64,000 bases of DNA from an uncultured Candidatus Rokubacteria bacterium (GTDB taxonomy: Bacteria > Methylomirabilota > Methylomirabilia > Rokubacteriales > CSP1-6). A program made the translations under genes and the position numbers. Position 1 is the stretch's first letter, and every line of letters starts with the position of its first letter. This document shows positions 1-10,800 of this stretch, in pieces. The stretch lies in assembly GCA_963754315.1 (NCBI GenBank), contig CAVWFS010000007.1, positions 768,001 to 832,000 on the forward strand, in the 5' to 3' direction. The notes beneath the pieces were generated by a model. The model did not search any database. It saw only the letters and a list, made by a program, of their open reading frames with translations, and was not told the DNA's origin.

Positions 1-523
1 CCAGAACCGCCTCGATTTGTCCCTCGGCGGTGGTTTCAAATTCATCTACGCGAATGCCTCGCGACAGTTTGCCAATCTGAGCCAGATCGCCGCGACGTTC
101 AACTCTTTCGAACCGCCGGGCCTCTACCTCGTCTGCCGGCAAGACGACTGCTCAGATTTCACCTTCAAGGACCGCGTCAAGGAATACTCATACATCTTCG
201 GTGCGACTCTTCCCATGAGCGCTGTCCTGCGTCTGACCGATGATGGGAGGTTGTTGTTACCGTTGAGCCTTACCCCGTTGATCGGCGCCGAGGTTCGAAA
301 TGACGAGAATGTTGTATACGCGTTCAACAGTGACGGCACTGTCAAACGTCTTGACGGGACGACGTTCGCGTTCGGGTTTACGGCTGACGCTACCATCCGC
401 TGGCTCATCAACGAGACGTTCTCGGCCTACGCCGGTATGCGCGTGCAGTTCATCGAGGGGTTCAACCAATACCTCGCCTTCGGTGGCCTCGTGGGCATGT
501 CCGTCCGCTTCGGAGGGAAGTGA
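1..523 (+). CDS. Partial (5' end outside window) secreted, probable outer-membrane beta-barrel protein; tandem paralog of 614..1672
   Basis: Frame is open from position 2 (QNRLDLSLGGGFKFIYANASRQF...). C-terminus nearly identical to the next gene (...FGGLVGMSVRFGGK). Alternating hydrophobic beta-strand pattern. Confidence 0.7.
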   Translation, partial: QNRLDLSLGGGFKFIYANASRQFANLSQIAATFNSFEPPGLYLVCRQDDCSDFTFKDRVKEYSYIFGATLPMSAVLRLTDDGRLLLPLSLTPLIGAEVRNDENVVYAFNSDGTVKRLDGTTFAFGFTADATIRWLINETFSAYAGMRVQFIEGFNQYLAFGGLVGMSVRFGGK

Positions 524-613
524 CCCGGCTGCGGTAGCTTGTGGTCGGGAATGAAACCACGGACGAGCCTTCCAGGTGCCCATAGTTCCCGCCACGATCA
601 AGGGAAGGACATC

Positions 614-1672
614 ATGAGCAGACGACCGCGGCTTAGCGTCGGCTGGATTGTGGCGGCTCTCGTCATCTGCAGCTTCTTCACGCCAGCTCGGGCCCAAGAT
701 CCGGGCAGCGGAGTACCAGCGGCCATCGCGGAGGGTGACGATTGGTCATTCGTCATCACCCCTCAGGTCTGGATCAGTCACATCCTGAAGAACGGCTTCG
801 GCGCGGCAGGAACCGTCGCCCCGGGTGGTACCTTTATAGATTGCGGTGGCGGCCCGGGAAGTTGCGGCCGCATCGAGCAGACCCCGTACGATGCCTTAAA
901 CCCCCAGTGGGGTGTTCAGTTTGCCGCCCAGAAGGGCCGATTGAGTCTGGCGGCGGCTGTCCAGTACGTGACCTTCGAGACACGCAATGATTACATCTAT
1001 GATCCGGAAGATGGTTTCACGCGAGCATTCCCGTTGATCACCGGTGGCGTCACTACCATAAGTCCGGGCGAGCAGTTCGCGCAGGAGTTCGTGTATACCA
1101 CGCGTGTGGATATGGACCTCTCGGCCAGCTACTTCTTTCCCGACGTCGTGAAGGATCGTCTGGATTTCTCCATCGGCGGCGGCTTCAAGTTCATCTACGC
1201 CAACGCCTCTCGGCAATTCGCCAATATGAGCCAGCTTGCCGCCGGCATCAACGCCCTGGTACCATCCGGGCTCTACCTCATCTGCAAGCAAGACGACTGC
1301 TCGGACTTCAACTTCAAGGACCGGGTCAAGGAGTACTCCTACATCTTCGGCGTGACGATGCCGCTAAGCGCGGTCTGGCGACTCACCGATGACGCGAGGT
1401 GGTTGTTGCCGGTGAGCCTCACCCCCCTGCTCGGTGCCGAAATCCGGAATGATGAGAACGTTGTCTATGCGTTCAACAACAATGGTACCGTCAAGCGTCT
1501 TGATGGAACGAAGTTCGCATTTGGCTTTACCGCCGACGCCACCCTGCGGTGGCTCATCAATGAGACCTTCTCGGCCTATGCGGGGATGCGCGTGCAGTTC
1601 ATCGAGGGGTTCAACCAATATCTCGCCTTCGGTGGCCTCGTGGGTATGTCAGTTCGCTTTGGCGGGAAGTGA
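614..1672 (+). CDS. Secreted probable outer-membrane beta-barrel protein
   Basis: ATG at 614 after GGAAGGA RBS. Sec signal peptide ending ARA-Q. 'DWSFVITPQVW' first strand and amphipathic beta strands. Cys pairs in predicted loops. Confidence 0.7.
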   Translation: MSRRPRLSVGWIVAALVICSFFTPARAQDPGSGVPAAIAEGDDWSFVITPQVWISHILKNGFGAAGTVAPGGTFIDCGGGPGSCGRIEQTPYDALNPQWGVQFAAQKGRLSLAAAVQYVTFETRNDYIYDPEDGFTRAFPLITGGVTTISPGEQFAQEFVYTTRVDMDLSASYFFPDVVKDRLDFSIGGGFKFIYANASRQFANMSQLAAGINALVPSGLYLICKQDDCSDFNFKDRVKEYSYIFGVTMPLSAVWRLTDDARWLLPVSLTPLLGAEIRNDENVVYAFNNNGTVKRLDGTKFAFGFTADATLRWLINETFSAYAGMRVQFIEGFNQYLAFGGLVGMSVRFGGK

Positions 1673-2064
1673 GCTGGCGTCGCGTGATGGGCATTCGTTG
1701 TAGCCGGCCCCGGCGAATCATCCAGCATGTGATCCGTGCCACTGTGGCCGGCGTGGCGCTCACCATAGTGTCAACAGGGTCGACCGATGCGACAGAGTCC
1801 GACTTATCCACCGGCCTTGCCTACCTGCGAGCCGGCGCCCAGAGCCAAGCCGGGGAGTACCTCGCTAGATATCGCGACTCGAGTCGAGATCCCGCGGTCC
1901 GTGAGCGCATCTCACGCGTCCTCCCGCTCCTGAAACAGCCCCTCCCGAAAGACGTGCGCGATTACCTGGCCATGACCATCGAAGAGGGCGTCGCCGGGAG
2001 AGAACTACGGACGTCATGGGTCAGGCCACCCTACTGGTTTAGGAGTTTCCCCGTCTTTCCTTAG
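1669..2064 (+). CDS. Hypothetical exported/membrane-anchored helical protein
   Basis: GTG overlaps the upstream TGA. Hydrophobic N-terminal segment and a TPR-like helix pair. Start uncertain (1669 or 1687). Confidence 0.5.
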   Translation: MSWRRVMGIRCSRPRRIIQHVIRATVAGVALTIVSTGSTDATESDLSTGLAYLRAGAQSQAGEYLARYRDSSRDPAVRERISRVLPLLKQPLPKDVRDYLAMTIEEGVAGRELRTSWVRPPYWFRSFPVFP

Positions 2065-2083
2065 TACGCTTCCGGAAGTACCC

Positions 2084-3910
2084 CTACGGAGCGAAGGTCG
2101 CCATCCGCGAGCCGATCACCAGCAGATCCATGGGGTCGATCCTACCGTCGCCCAGCGCCCCGGTCGGCGTGAACACCACAAAGAATGTGTAGGGGCCCGC
2201 TGGCTCCGGGCCTCCCCATCGGTAGGTGAAGAAATCCTGTCCTCCGCCGAAGAAATTCGAGAGTCGCGTCGCGGGCAGCGTACCCGGTAGGCTAAAGTCT
2301 CGGCGCAGCGGCTGGAAGCGCTCAGGCGCCGCTGAGAGGCAGGTCAGCTGCAGTCCTGCAAACTCCGCGGTGACGAAGACCACCGCATCCCTCTTGGGAC
2401 AACCAAGCCCAGGGCCCGCTTCCGCCGGAAGCACTGCCCCCAAGAACACGTCAACGGTCCGAGCGGGCCCGGGGTTGGCCACGGTCACGTCGAGCCTCAG
2501 CTGCTGGTTCATCGCGAAAGTGGGAGCATTCGCCGCCACCAGCACGCTCAGAGGAGTCGCGGGGCCGGAATTCACCGTGAAGGAACGGGACGCGGGGCTG
2601 GGGTCTTCGATTCCCGCCTGATCGCGCGCCTTGACCAGGAACGTATAGGCACCGTCGGCGAGATCGTTAAACGTCGTGCTGGTCGCGCTGCCGAACGACC
2701 CGAAGTTGGCTTCGATCGGGTCGAGCCGGAATGCGTAGACCAGATTCCCCGATGGCGTGGCATTATCAGACCCCGCCCACGCGAAGCTCGCGTCGCGGGA
2801 ACTGACGATGCCCGTCGGACCCGACACGACACTCGTCTCGGGCGGGCTGCCATCCGGCACATTCACGCTGAAGGAGACCGTCCGCGACGACACCTTACCA
2901 CCCGGGTCGCGGGCCTGAACCTCGAACGTGTAGTCGCCACCCCCCAGACCCGTATAGCTCTTGCTCGTGGCGGTTCCTGCGTCCGCGAAGTCGGCTTCGA
3001 ATGGCGTGAGCCGAGCCGCGAATTGGATGCAATTCAACGGAGTGACCTCATTGCCTTTGCCCGTCCAGGCAAAGTTGACGTCCCGGGTGGTGATGACGCC
3101 GGTCGGTCCGGTAAGAGTATCCACCTGAGGTGCGGGCCTGTCAGCCGGAACCTCCACTCTGAAGCCAGTGAAGCTTGCATTACTCTCGTTCCCGGCCGCG
3201 TCCCTGGCCTTCACGAAGAGCGTATAGCTCCCATCGTCCAGGCATTGGTAACTCACGCCATTTTCACCCGGGTTGCGGAATCCGGAGAACTCAGCCTCAT
3301 CGGGCGCCAGCCGGGTTGCGTAGGCCAGATCACTCGTATCGTCTTCCCCGGTGGCTTGCCAGCCAAAGGGCACCGGAGCATACGTCGTCACCGGCGAAGG
3401 GCGCGGGTCGGCGAGCTCGTCACACGCATCCCCCACGCCCTCCACGAGACCAGGACCGGTCACGAAGCAAACCTTTCCCGGTGGGGTGGTGTCAGGGACC
3501 TCCGTCACGACAAGGATGGCATTTCCAATCGTGGATGCCTGGCTGCACTCGCCGACCGGAGACGCGCACAGTCGCACAACCACCTCGTATCGACCGGCGG
3601 GCAGCGGCGAAAGCTCCACCGAGAAGTTCCACGCCGTCAAGACCGGCAGGCACACCACCCCCCCACTGCGCGTGTCGATGGTGATCTCTTTCGCATCAAT
3701 ATCAACACTCTCCTGCGGCGATCGTGGCACGCACGAAGTATTGGCCATACCGGAGACCTGTACTTCGATCGCGTCCGCGGTGGTGGGACTCTTGGGGTCA
3801 AAGTCAATATTGACCTGTTGTGCCTCGGCCGCGAAGGTCGACCCAAGAATAAGCACGAACCCCAAGGCGACGATGATCCATCGTGAATGGACTCGAGCCT
3901 GTCTCCGCAT
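2084..3910 (-). CDS. Secreted multi-domain beta-sandwich (Ig/FN3/Y_Y_Y-like repeat) protein
   Basis: Signal peptide (AEA-QQ) and GAGGAGG RBS. Three repeats of the type 'F.W.G.D......YA.RL.P.EA.F......Y..L.DG.YTF.VKARD.AG'. Confidence 0.75.
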   Translation of the reverse strand: MRRQARVHSRWIIVALGFVLILGSTFAAEAQQVNIDFDPKSPTTADAIEVQVSGMANTSCVPRSPQESVDIDAKEITIDTRSGGVVCLPVLTAWNFSVELSPLPAGRYEVVVRLCASPVGECSQASTIGNAILVVTEVPDTTPPGKVCFVTGPGLVEGVGDACDELADPRPSPVTTYAPVPFGWQATGEDDTSDLAYATRLAPDEAEFSGFRNPGENGVSYQCLDDGSYTLFVKARDAAGNESNASFTGFRVEVPADRPAPQVDTLTGPTGVITTRDVNFAWTGKGNEVTPLNCIQFAARLTPFEADFADAGTATSKSYTGLGGGDYTFEVQARDPGGKVSSRTVSFSVNVPDGSPPETSVVSGPTGIVSSRDASFAWAGSDNATPSGNLVYAFRLDPIEANFGSFGSATSTTFNDLADGAYTFLVKARDQAGIEDPSPASRSFTVNSGPATPLSVLVAANAPTFAMNQQLRLDVTVANPGPARTVDVFLGAVLPAEAGPGLGCPKRDAVVFVTAEFAGLQLTCLSAAPERFQPLRRDFSLPGTLPATRLSNFFGGGQDFFTYRWGGPEPAGPYTFFVVFTPTGALGDGRIDPMDLLVIGSRMATFAP

Positions 3911-4034
3911 CCGTCCGCCTCCTCACCGCCGTTCAATTCCACAATCGTCGACAACTGCTCTTTGGGTACTCTGCGGTCGTCGCGAGCGCAGACCGCGGCC
4001 CGTCGACGTCGATTAGAGTACCACCAAGGTCCTC

Positions 4035-4544
4035 CTACGGAGCGAAGGTGAGCATCCGGGAGCCGATCGTCAGGAGATCATCCGGGTCGATCCTGCCGTC
4101 GCCTAGCGCGCCGGTCGGGGTCATCACGACAAAGAACGTGTAGCGACCCGCCGGTTCCGTTCCGCCCCACCGGTACGTGAAGAAATCCGCGAGTCGGGTC
4201 GATGCCAACGCCCCTGGTAAGCCCACGTCGCGGTGCAGCGGCTGGAAGCGCTCCGGCGCCGCCGAGAGACAGGTTAGCTGCGTTCCTGCAAACTCCGCCG
4301 TCACGAAGACCACCGCATCCCCGTTGGGACATCCAAGCCCGGGGCCCGCTTCCGCCGGCAGGATACAGGGACTGTTCGCGACACCGGAGACTTCGATTGA
4401 GATGAGTTCGCTGTTGGTGGGGTCGCCGGGACTAATATCGATACTGACTTGCTGTGCCTCGGCCGCGATCGCACGCGCGAGAAGAAGCACGATGCCTACT
4501 GCGATGGCAATCCACTGTGAACAGTGCCGATCGGGTCCCCGCAC
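4035..4544 (-). CDS. Internally deleted paralog of 2084..3910 (signal peptide and N-terminal stub fused to the C-terminal domain)
   Basis: N-terminus matches AEAQQV.ID..P..PT....I...VSG.AN..C of the neighbour, then jumps in frame to LPAEAGPGLGCP...FFTYRWGG.EPAG.YTFFVV...TFAP. Same GAGGAGG RBS. Confidence 0.6.
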   Translation of the reverse strand: MRGPDRHCSQWIAIAVGIVLLLARAIAAEAQQVSIDISPGDPTNSELISIEVSGVANSPCILPAEAGPGLGCPNGDAVVFVTAEFAGTQLTCLSAAPERFQPLHRDVGLPGALASTRLADFFTYRWGGTEPAGRYTFFVVMTPTGALGDGRIDPDDLLTIGSRMLTFAP

Positions 4545-4833
4545 AGGTCCGCCTCCTCACGAAATTCAGGCCCACACATCGTGGCCGACTACCGCTCTGG
4601 GGTGCTTGTTCGTCGCGCGGCCATAAACTGCGGCAATGAACTGTGACGAGAATACGTTCGTGTGTCAAGCGATTGGCGCGGCCCTCGATTGCGAATCGCA
4701 TTGATCGCCCGAGAGCGGCCACGGCTGAGAATCTACGACGAGACCAATCTGACTACATTAGGGGCGTCAATGTCTGTTATTGAGTCACCGAAGCCTCTTC
4801 CACGACAATGCGGCCCGGGCCACGAGGCGGAGG

Positions 4834-7800
4834 CTAGAACGAAGGCGGCATTGGTCGGCGGGGCGGCGCGGCGGGGGCGCTCGGCGGAGGAGGTGGTGCC
4901 GACGGGGGCAAAGGCTCCAGGGAGATCTGTACCTCGGACCGTCTGTCCTGAACGATCTCGACCTGGCCTGACCATTCCTTATAGCCGCTGAGTCGCGCCC
5001 GGACTGGATACGTCCCCACCGGAAGGGAGCGCACCTCGTTCCCTTCCCTGCGGGCCTCGAAGCTCACATCGCCTACCGATACCGCGGCGCCCGCGACGTT
5101 GCTCCTGACGAGCACGCTGCCTGTGCGGGCCACCGGCGGCGCTGGGGGTGGAGCGGCGGGTGGTGACGGTGGCGGAGGCTTTTGGGGAGCGACCGCCGCC
5201 CTGCCATAGAGGTCGCCTGCCGCGCGGAAGGCGGCGATCGATTCCTTGAAGGCCAGCCGGTCGTAAAATTGACTGGCTTGACGCTCCTGCTCGACTGCCG
5301 AGCCGTAGTCGGTGCTGTCTGAGCGGGCGCCCTGCTTGGCCGCCAGCATACCCGCCTTCGCCTGATCCGCCTGGGTGCGGAGCTCGCGCTGGCCCTGGGC
5401 GATGCGGACCGCATCGGAGTAGCGTTGCGCCGCGTCCAGGAATCCCTGACGCGCCGCGGGAAGATTGTCCTGGGTAGCCAGCGCTTCGGCCTCGCGTTCC
5501 TTCGCACGGCCTCCCTGCAAAGGCTCGCGGGCAAGCTTGTCTGCCTCGAGCCCCACGGCCTGCTTTTCCAAGGCATTGGCTCGGTCGCGGGCCTGGCCCA
5601 TCTCAGCCTTCAGGGCGTCGCGCAGTCGGGCGCGCTCGCGCCGCGCCGCATCGGCGGCCGCGCTATAGTCCGTGCGGGATGCCTGGAAGGAGTCCCGCGC
5701 GACGCGGAAATCCTGGCGAATCAGCGCGGCCTCCCCATCCTTCTCACGCTGCTGGGCGCGCGCCAGCACCTGCGCCGCGTAGGTCTGCGCCTCTTGGGCC
5801 AGGGCATCGCCCCGGGCGCCGGCTACTGCTGTGCGCGCCTGCTCAGCCGCCTGGCGCTCGCCTTTGAGCTTGGCCGTTTGGGCCGCGGCAGTGTCATAGT
5901 CTTTCCGAGCCGCCAGGAACGCCTCCTTGGCGTTCGCATAATCCTGGCGCGTGAACGCCGCCTCGCCGTCCTTCTCACGCTGCTGCCCCTGCGCGAGCGT
6001 CTGCGGGGCATAGGTCTGAGCTTCCTGCGTCAGCGCTCCCGCACGGGCGCCGCCGGCGGCCGTGCGGGCCTGCTCGGCGTCCTGGCGCTCCTCTTTGAGC
6101 TTGGCCGACCGGGCCGCCGCGGCCGCGGCCGCAGTGTCATAGTCCTTCCGGGCTTCCAGGAAAGCCTGCTTGGCGTTGGCGAAGTCGCCGCGCGTGAGGG
6201 CTGCGTCACCCTCCTTCTCACGCTGCTGGGCTTGCGCCACTCCCTGCGCCGCGTAGGTCTGGGCGCCCTGAGCCACGGCATTGGCCCGCGCTGCGACCGC
6301 CGCCGTGCGGGCCTGTTCGGCCTCCTCGAGTCCCGCCCTGAGCTTGGCAGTTCGTGCCGCCTCGTCGGCGGTAGCTTTTCCGCGCGCCTCCTTCTCGGCG
6401 TCCTGAAACGCGGCGGTGGCGTCTCGATAGAGGCTGCTGGCCTTGTCGTAGTCGGCGCGATCTCGCGCGGTGCCGGCTGCTTGCTCGGCGTTGGTGGCCT
6501 TCGCCCACTTGTCCGTCGCAAGCTTCGACGCCTGGGCGATGTCTGCGGCGCGATGGGCGGCGGCAGCCTGATCCTGAAGCTGGCGGGTCTCCTCCTGCTT
6601 CCGCGTTACTTCCCGCGTGAGGGCCCGTGCCTCGTTGGCAGCGGCCACGTAGCCGTCGAGCGCCTCCCGATACGAAGCTTGAGCGTCACCGAACTTTCCC
6701 TGGGCAAGCGCCGCCGCTGCCGCCCGCTCCTTGTTCGCAGCGGCCGACCAGGGTTTGGGGACGAGGCGTTCGCTCTCCGCCTTGACCGCATCATCTCGGG
6801 CCGCCGTGACTTGCTTCTTGAGCTCGTCCACGTCCCTCTTGGGGTCGCTGGGTTGCTCGCGCTCTTGGCCCGACGGCGCGGGCTTCGCGCCCGGCACTGC
6901 GACATCTCGAGCGGTCTGAGCTGGGGGTGGAGGCTGTGCGGTCTCACGCTCGGGAGTTGAGAGAAACCCCCGAAGGGCGAGCACAAGCGCGACCAGGACC
7001 ACGACAACGCCAGCGCCCGCGCCAACGACGAGGCGTCGGCGGCTGGCTGTCCAGGTCGGCGATACCCGCGCACCGACATCTTCCGCTTCGCGTGGGATAG
7101 AACCGGCCGACCGAGGGCTTCTACGCTCGGAGGGGCAGAGACAACCGCCGGCGGCTGCTCGGTAACCGTCGCATCGCGAGGAAGAGCAGGAGCTTCCGTC
7201 GCCGACACCTGGGGCACCTGCGCCCGCTCGCGGTCAGCCAGAGCTCGCCGCGCGGCCTCCTCCGCCCGGCGGTACGCCTCCGTCGCGCGTGTGAAGATTT
7301 GCGCCGCCTGCGCGTATTTCCCCTGTACCAGCAGGGCTTCGGCTTCTGCCGCTTGCCCCTCGGCCGTGCTCCACGCGACGGGCGCGTGCTCTTCGGGGTG
7401 GCTCTCTGCCGTGGCCGCCCGACGGCGAGCCGCGACCTGTCGAGCCTGCTCCGCGCGCTCGCGCTCGCGCCGTTCGTCCTGCTGGCGCACGGTGTCCCGG
7501 GCCGCGCCCTCTGCCCGCTGATAGAGGTCGAGGGCTGCCTCAAAGGTTTGCGCCGCGACCGAATACTCCTCACGCCCGAACGCCTCGCTGCCGGCGGCGG
7601 ACCTCGCCTCGGCCGCGCTCCACAGATCCGTCGTCCGCCGGGGGGCATCAGTCTGTGCCGCCGCGGCCCGAGCCGAGGCCATGCGGTCTCGCGAGCGGCC
7701 AGCCGCGTCTCGGCCGTGACGGAGCGCCTCCTGGTGGGCCGTGGCGAGCACTGCGGCCTCTGCCTGACGGAACAGGGTGGTCGCTTCGTCGAAGGCTCGC

Positions 7801-10800
7801 ACCGCCTCGGGAAACTGCCCTGCCTGGAACGCGGTCGCTCCCGCCGCGACCCGCGTCTCCCCGCGCCGCCATGCTTCCTCCGCGCCACGGAGGGTCTCCG
7901 CCCCGGTGGCGGCCGCACGGGCCTGCTGCATTCGCTCGCGCGCAAGTTCAGCCGCCTCGCGCTGACGCTGTTGCTCAGCCCGCTGGACGGCCTCACGTCC
8001 TTCACGCTCGGCCTGCTGGTACAGAGCGCTCGCGGCTTCGAAGAGGGCGGCCGCGTCGCCATAGCGGCCGGCAGCAGACGCTGTTTCGGCCTCGGCAGCC
8101 TTGACCTCGGCCTCGCCCCAGGACGGAACGGCATTCTGGGCGGCGGATTGCTCTGCCGCCGCCGCCCGCAGGGGCGCCATCAGCTCACGGGCCTGCGCTG
8201 CTCGCTCCCGCTCGTGCGTAACGGTCTCGCTCGCCGCTCGTTCGGAATCCTGGAAGAGCGGGAGAGCGGCTTCGAATGCCGCGCTCGCCTCGAGATACTC
8301 TCCTCGCTCGAAGAGCTGCCTCGCCTTCCGCCGCCCGAGCCTCGGCCGCTGCCCAGCGAGCGGTAGCGTGTTGCGCCGCATCGACGCTCTGCGCCGCTTC
8401 CCGCCCTGGCCTCATACGGGCGCGGGCAGCCTCGGCCCCTTCACGCTCCCGGCCGAGCAGCTCTCGGGCTGCCGCCTCGGCGACGGCATAGGCGCCGGCC
8501 GCCGCCTCAAAGAACTGCTTCGCCTGCGCACGGTTGCCTTGCGCCAGGGCCGCGTCTGCCTCGCCAAGCTTGGCCTCGGCTTCTCCCCAGCGGCTCCCCG
8601 CGCGCTTGGCGGCATTCGGGACGATCGCCGCCTCGCGAGCTTGCCGGGCAGACTCTTGCGCCAGCCCGACCTCGCGTTGCTCGCGTTCCCCCTCCTCGCG
8701 TCGTGTGGCCTCGCGGGCGGCATCAACAGCTTGGCGAGATAGGACGATCGCTTGATCGAACAACTCGGTGGCGCGCGCGTACGCTCGCTGCCCGAAGGCT
8801 GTTTGCCCATCCTCGAACTTCCGATCCGCTTCCGCCCACACCGCCGGAGCACGCTCGCGGGCACCGACCGCTTCTGCCGCCTCCCGCCGGCGAAGCAGCC
8901 GCTGACGGGTACGCTCGGCCTCGCGCCGCTCCTGCTCCGCCTGTTCACGACGCGCCGCTTCCCGCGCCCCCTCCTCGGCGCTGTGGTACAGCGCTCGGGC
9001 CTCGCCGAATGCCACCGCGGCCTGTCCGAAGGCTTCCTGCTCGAAGGCCGTCTTCGCGGCGGTCGCCTTCGCTTCGGCCGCCAGCCATTGTGATTCGGCA
9101 CGCCGGGGGGCCTCCACCTCCTCCGCCAAGCTGCGGCCCTCGGCCGCCAGCGCGCGCGCCTCTTCAGCTCGCACGCGCTGGCGCCGCAGTTCCTCCTGGT
9201 GGGTGGCTTCCTCGGCCGCGAGAGCTGCCGCCACCGCCCGACGCACCTCGGTGACCTCCGCGACCAAGCCGACCGCTGCCGCCTGCTCGTCGAGCCCCTC
9301 CATGCGCGCGAGGCATTCGGCATAGGCACCACGCGCGAAGAAGACCTCGGCGTCGTCAAGGCGCCCTCGAACCTCGGCGCTGAGTCTGGTGGCCTCGGCC
9401 TGGCGACGGGCCTCCTCCTGGCGAGCCGCCTCGCGGATCGCAGCGTCGGCGAGACGGAACAACGCGGTCGCCTCGTCGAACGCCTGCGTGGCGGCGGAAT
9501 ACTGCTCCTCCTGGAACGCTCTCGCCGCTGCTGTGGCCTGGGATTCGGCGCGCTGCCAAACTTCTCGTGCGTTCGGAACAGCTTCTGCTCCGGCGGCGGC
9601 GGCCCGCGCTTGCCGCATCAATTCAGCAGCCCGTTCGACCGCCTCCCGGCGCTGCTGCAGCTCGGCGTTCAGGAGAGCCTCGCGCCCCTCCCGCTCGGCT
9701 TGTGCGTAGAGAGCGGCCGCGCCCTCGAACAGCGCGCTCGCCTCGTTGTACTGTGCCTCGCCGAACGCGCTCTCGGCCTCTGCCGCCTTCGCCTCGGCCT
9801 GACCCCATAGCGAAGGGGCATGCTGGGCGGCCAGCTGCTCGACCGCGGCGGCTCGCCTTGGAGCCATGTCGACGCGCGCCTGCTCGGCACGTGCTCGTTC
9901 CTGACGGATTGCCTCCCGTGCGGTCCCTTCGGCGTCACGGAAGAGCTCGACGGCGGCCTCGAAGGCCTGCGCCGCCTCCCGATAGCGCTCACGCGCGACC
10001 CACGTTTCTGCTTCGCTGGCCTTGGCTTCGGCCGCTGCCCACTGCGCGCCTGCGCGCTGCGGGCCGGCGACGGCATGAGCGGCCTCACGTCCACGCACCA
10101 TGCTGGCGCGCATCGCCTCCGACTGCTCGCGCTCCCGGCCGAGCACCTGCATTGCTGACTGTTCGGCAGCCGCGAACGCCCCGACCGCCGCCCCGAAGAG
10201 CTGCTTGGCCCGCGCGTAGCTTGCCTGCCCGAGCGCGGCTTCGGCTTCGCCGAGCCGCGTCTCGGCTTCGCCCCAGCGCCCCGCTGCGCGTTCGGCCGCA
10301 TTGGGCACGGTCGCCTTCACCCTGGCCTGGTGGGCTGCTTCTTGCGCGAGCCTGGCTTCCCGCTCCTCTCGCGCCACCTCTTCGCGGCGCATGCTCTCGC
10401 GAGCCATGTCGGTGGCCTGGCGACACACGGTGACTGCCTGATCGAATAGCTCGGCCGCGCGCGAGTAGGCTCCTTGCTCGAAAGCGGTTCGGCCGTCCTC
10501 GGACTTGCGCTCCGCCTCACCCCACAGCGCTTGCGCCCGCTCTCGCGCCCCCACGGCATCGGCCGCCTCACGGCTGCGTAACCAGCGCTGGCGAATGCGC
10601 TCCGCCTCTCGGCGCTGGCCCTCGAGCTGATCACGACGCACGGCCTCCCGCGCCTCCTCTTCGGCGCGGTGGTAGAGGGCCGTTGCCTCGTCGTACGCTT
10701 CCGAGGCTCGCGTGTAGGCTTCCTGGTCAAAGGCGGTCCCGGCCTCCGCCGCTTTCGCCTCGGCCGCCAGCCACTGCGCTTCCGCCCGGCGGAACGCCTC

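Noticed and set aside
1..4544. Diversity-generating retroelement template/variable repeats
   Set aside because: Differences between paralogs are not visibly adenine-specific and no reverse transcriptase is present in the window.
4640..4670. Sigma70 promoter on the minus strand (TTGACA-17-CACAGT)
   Set aside because: The -35 is good but the -10 is weak and there is no supporting evidence, so it is not listed as a feature.
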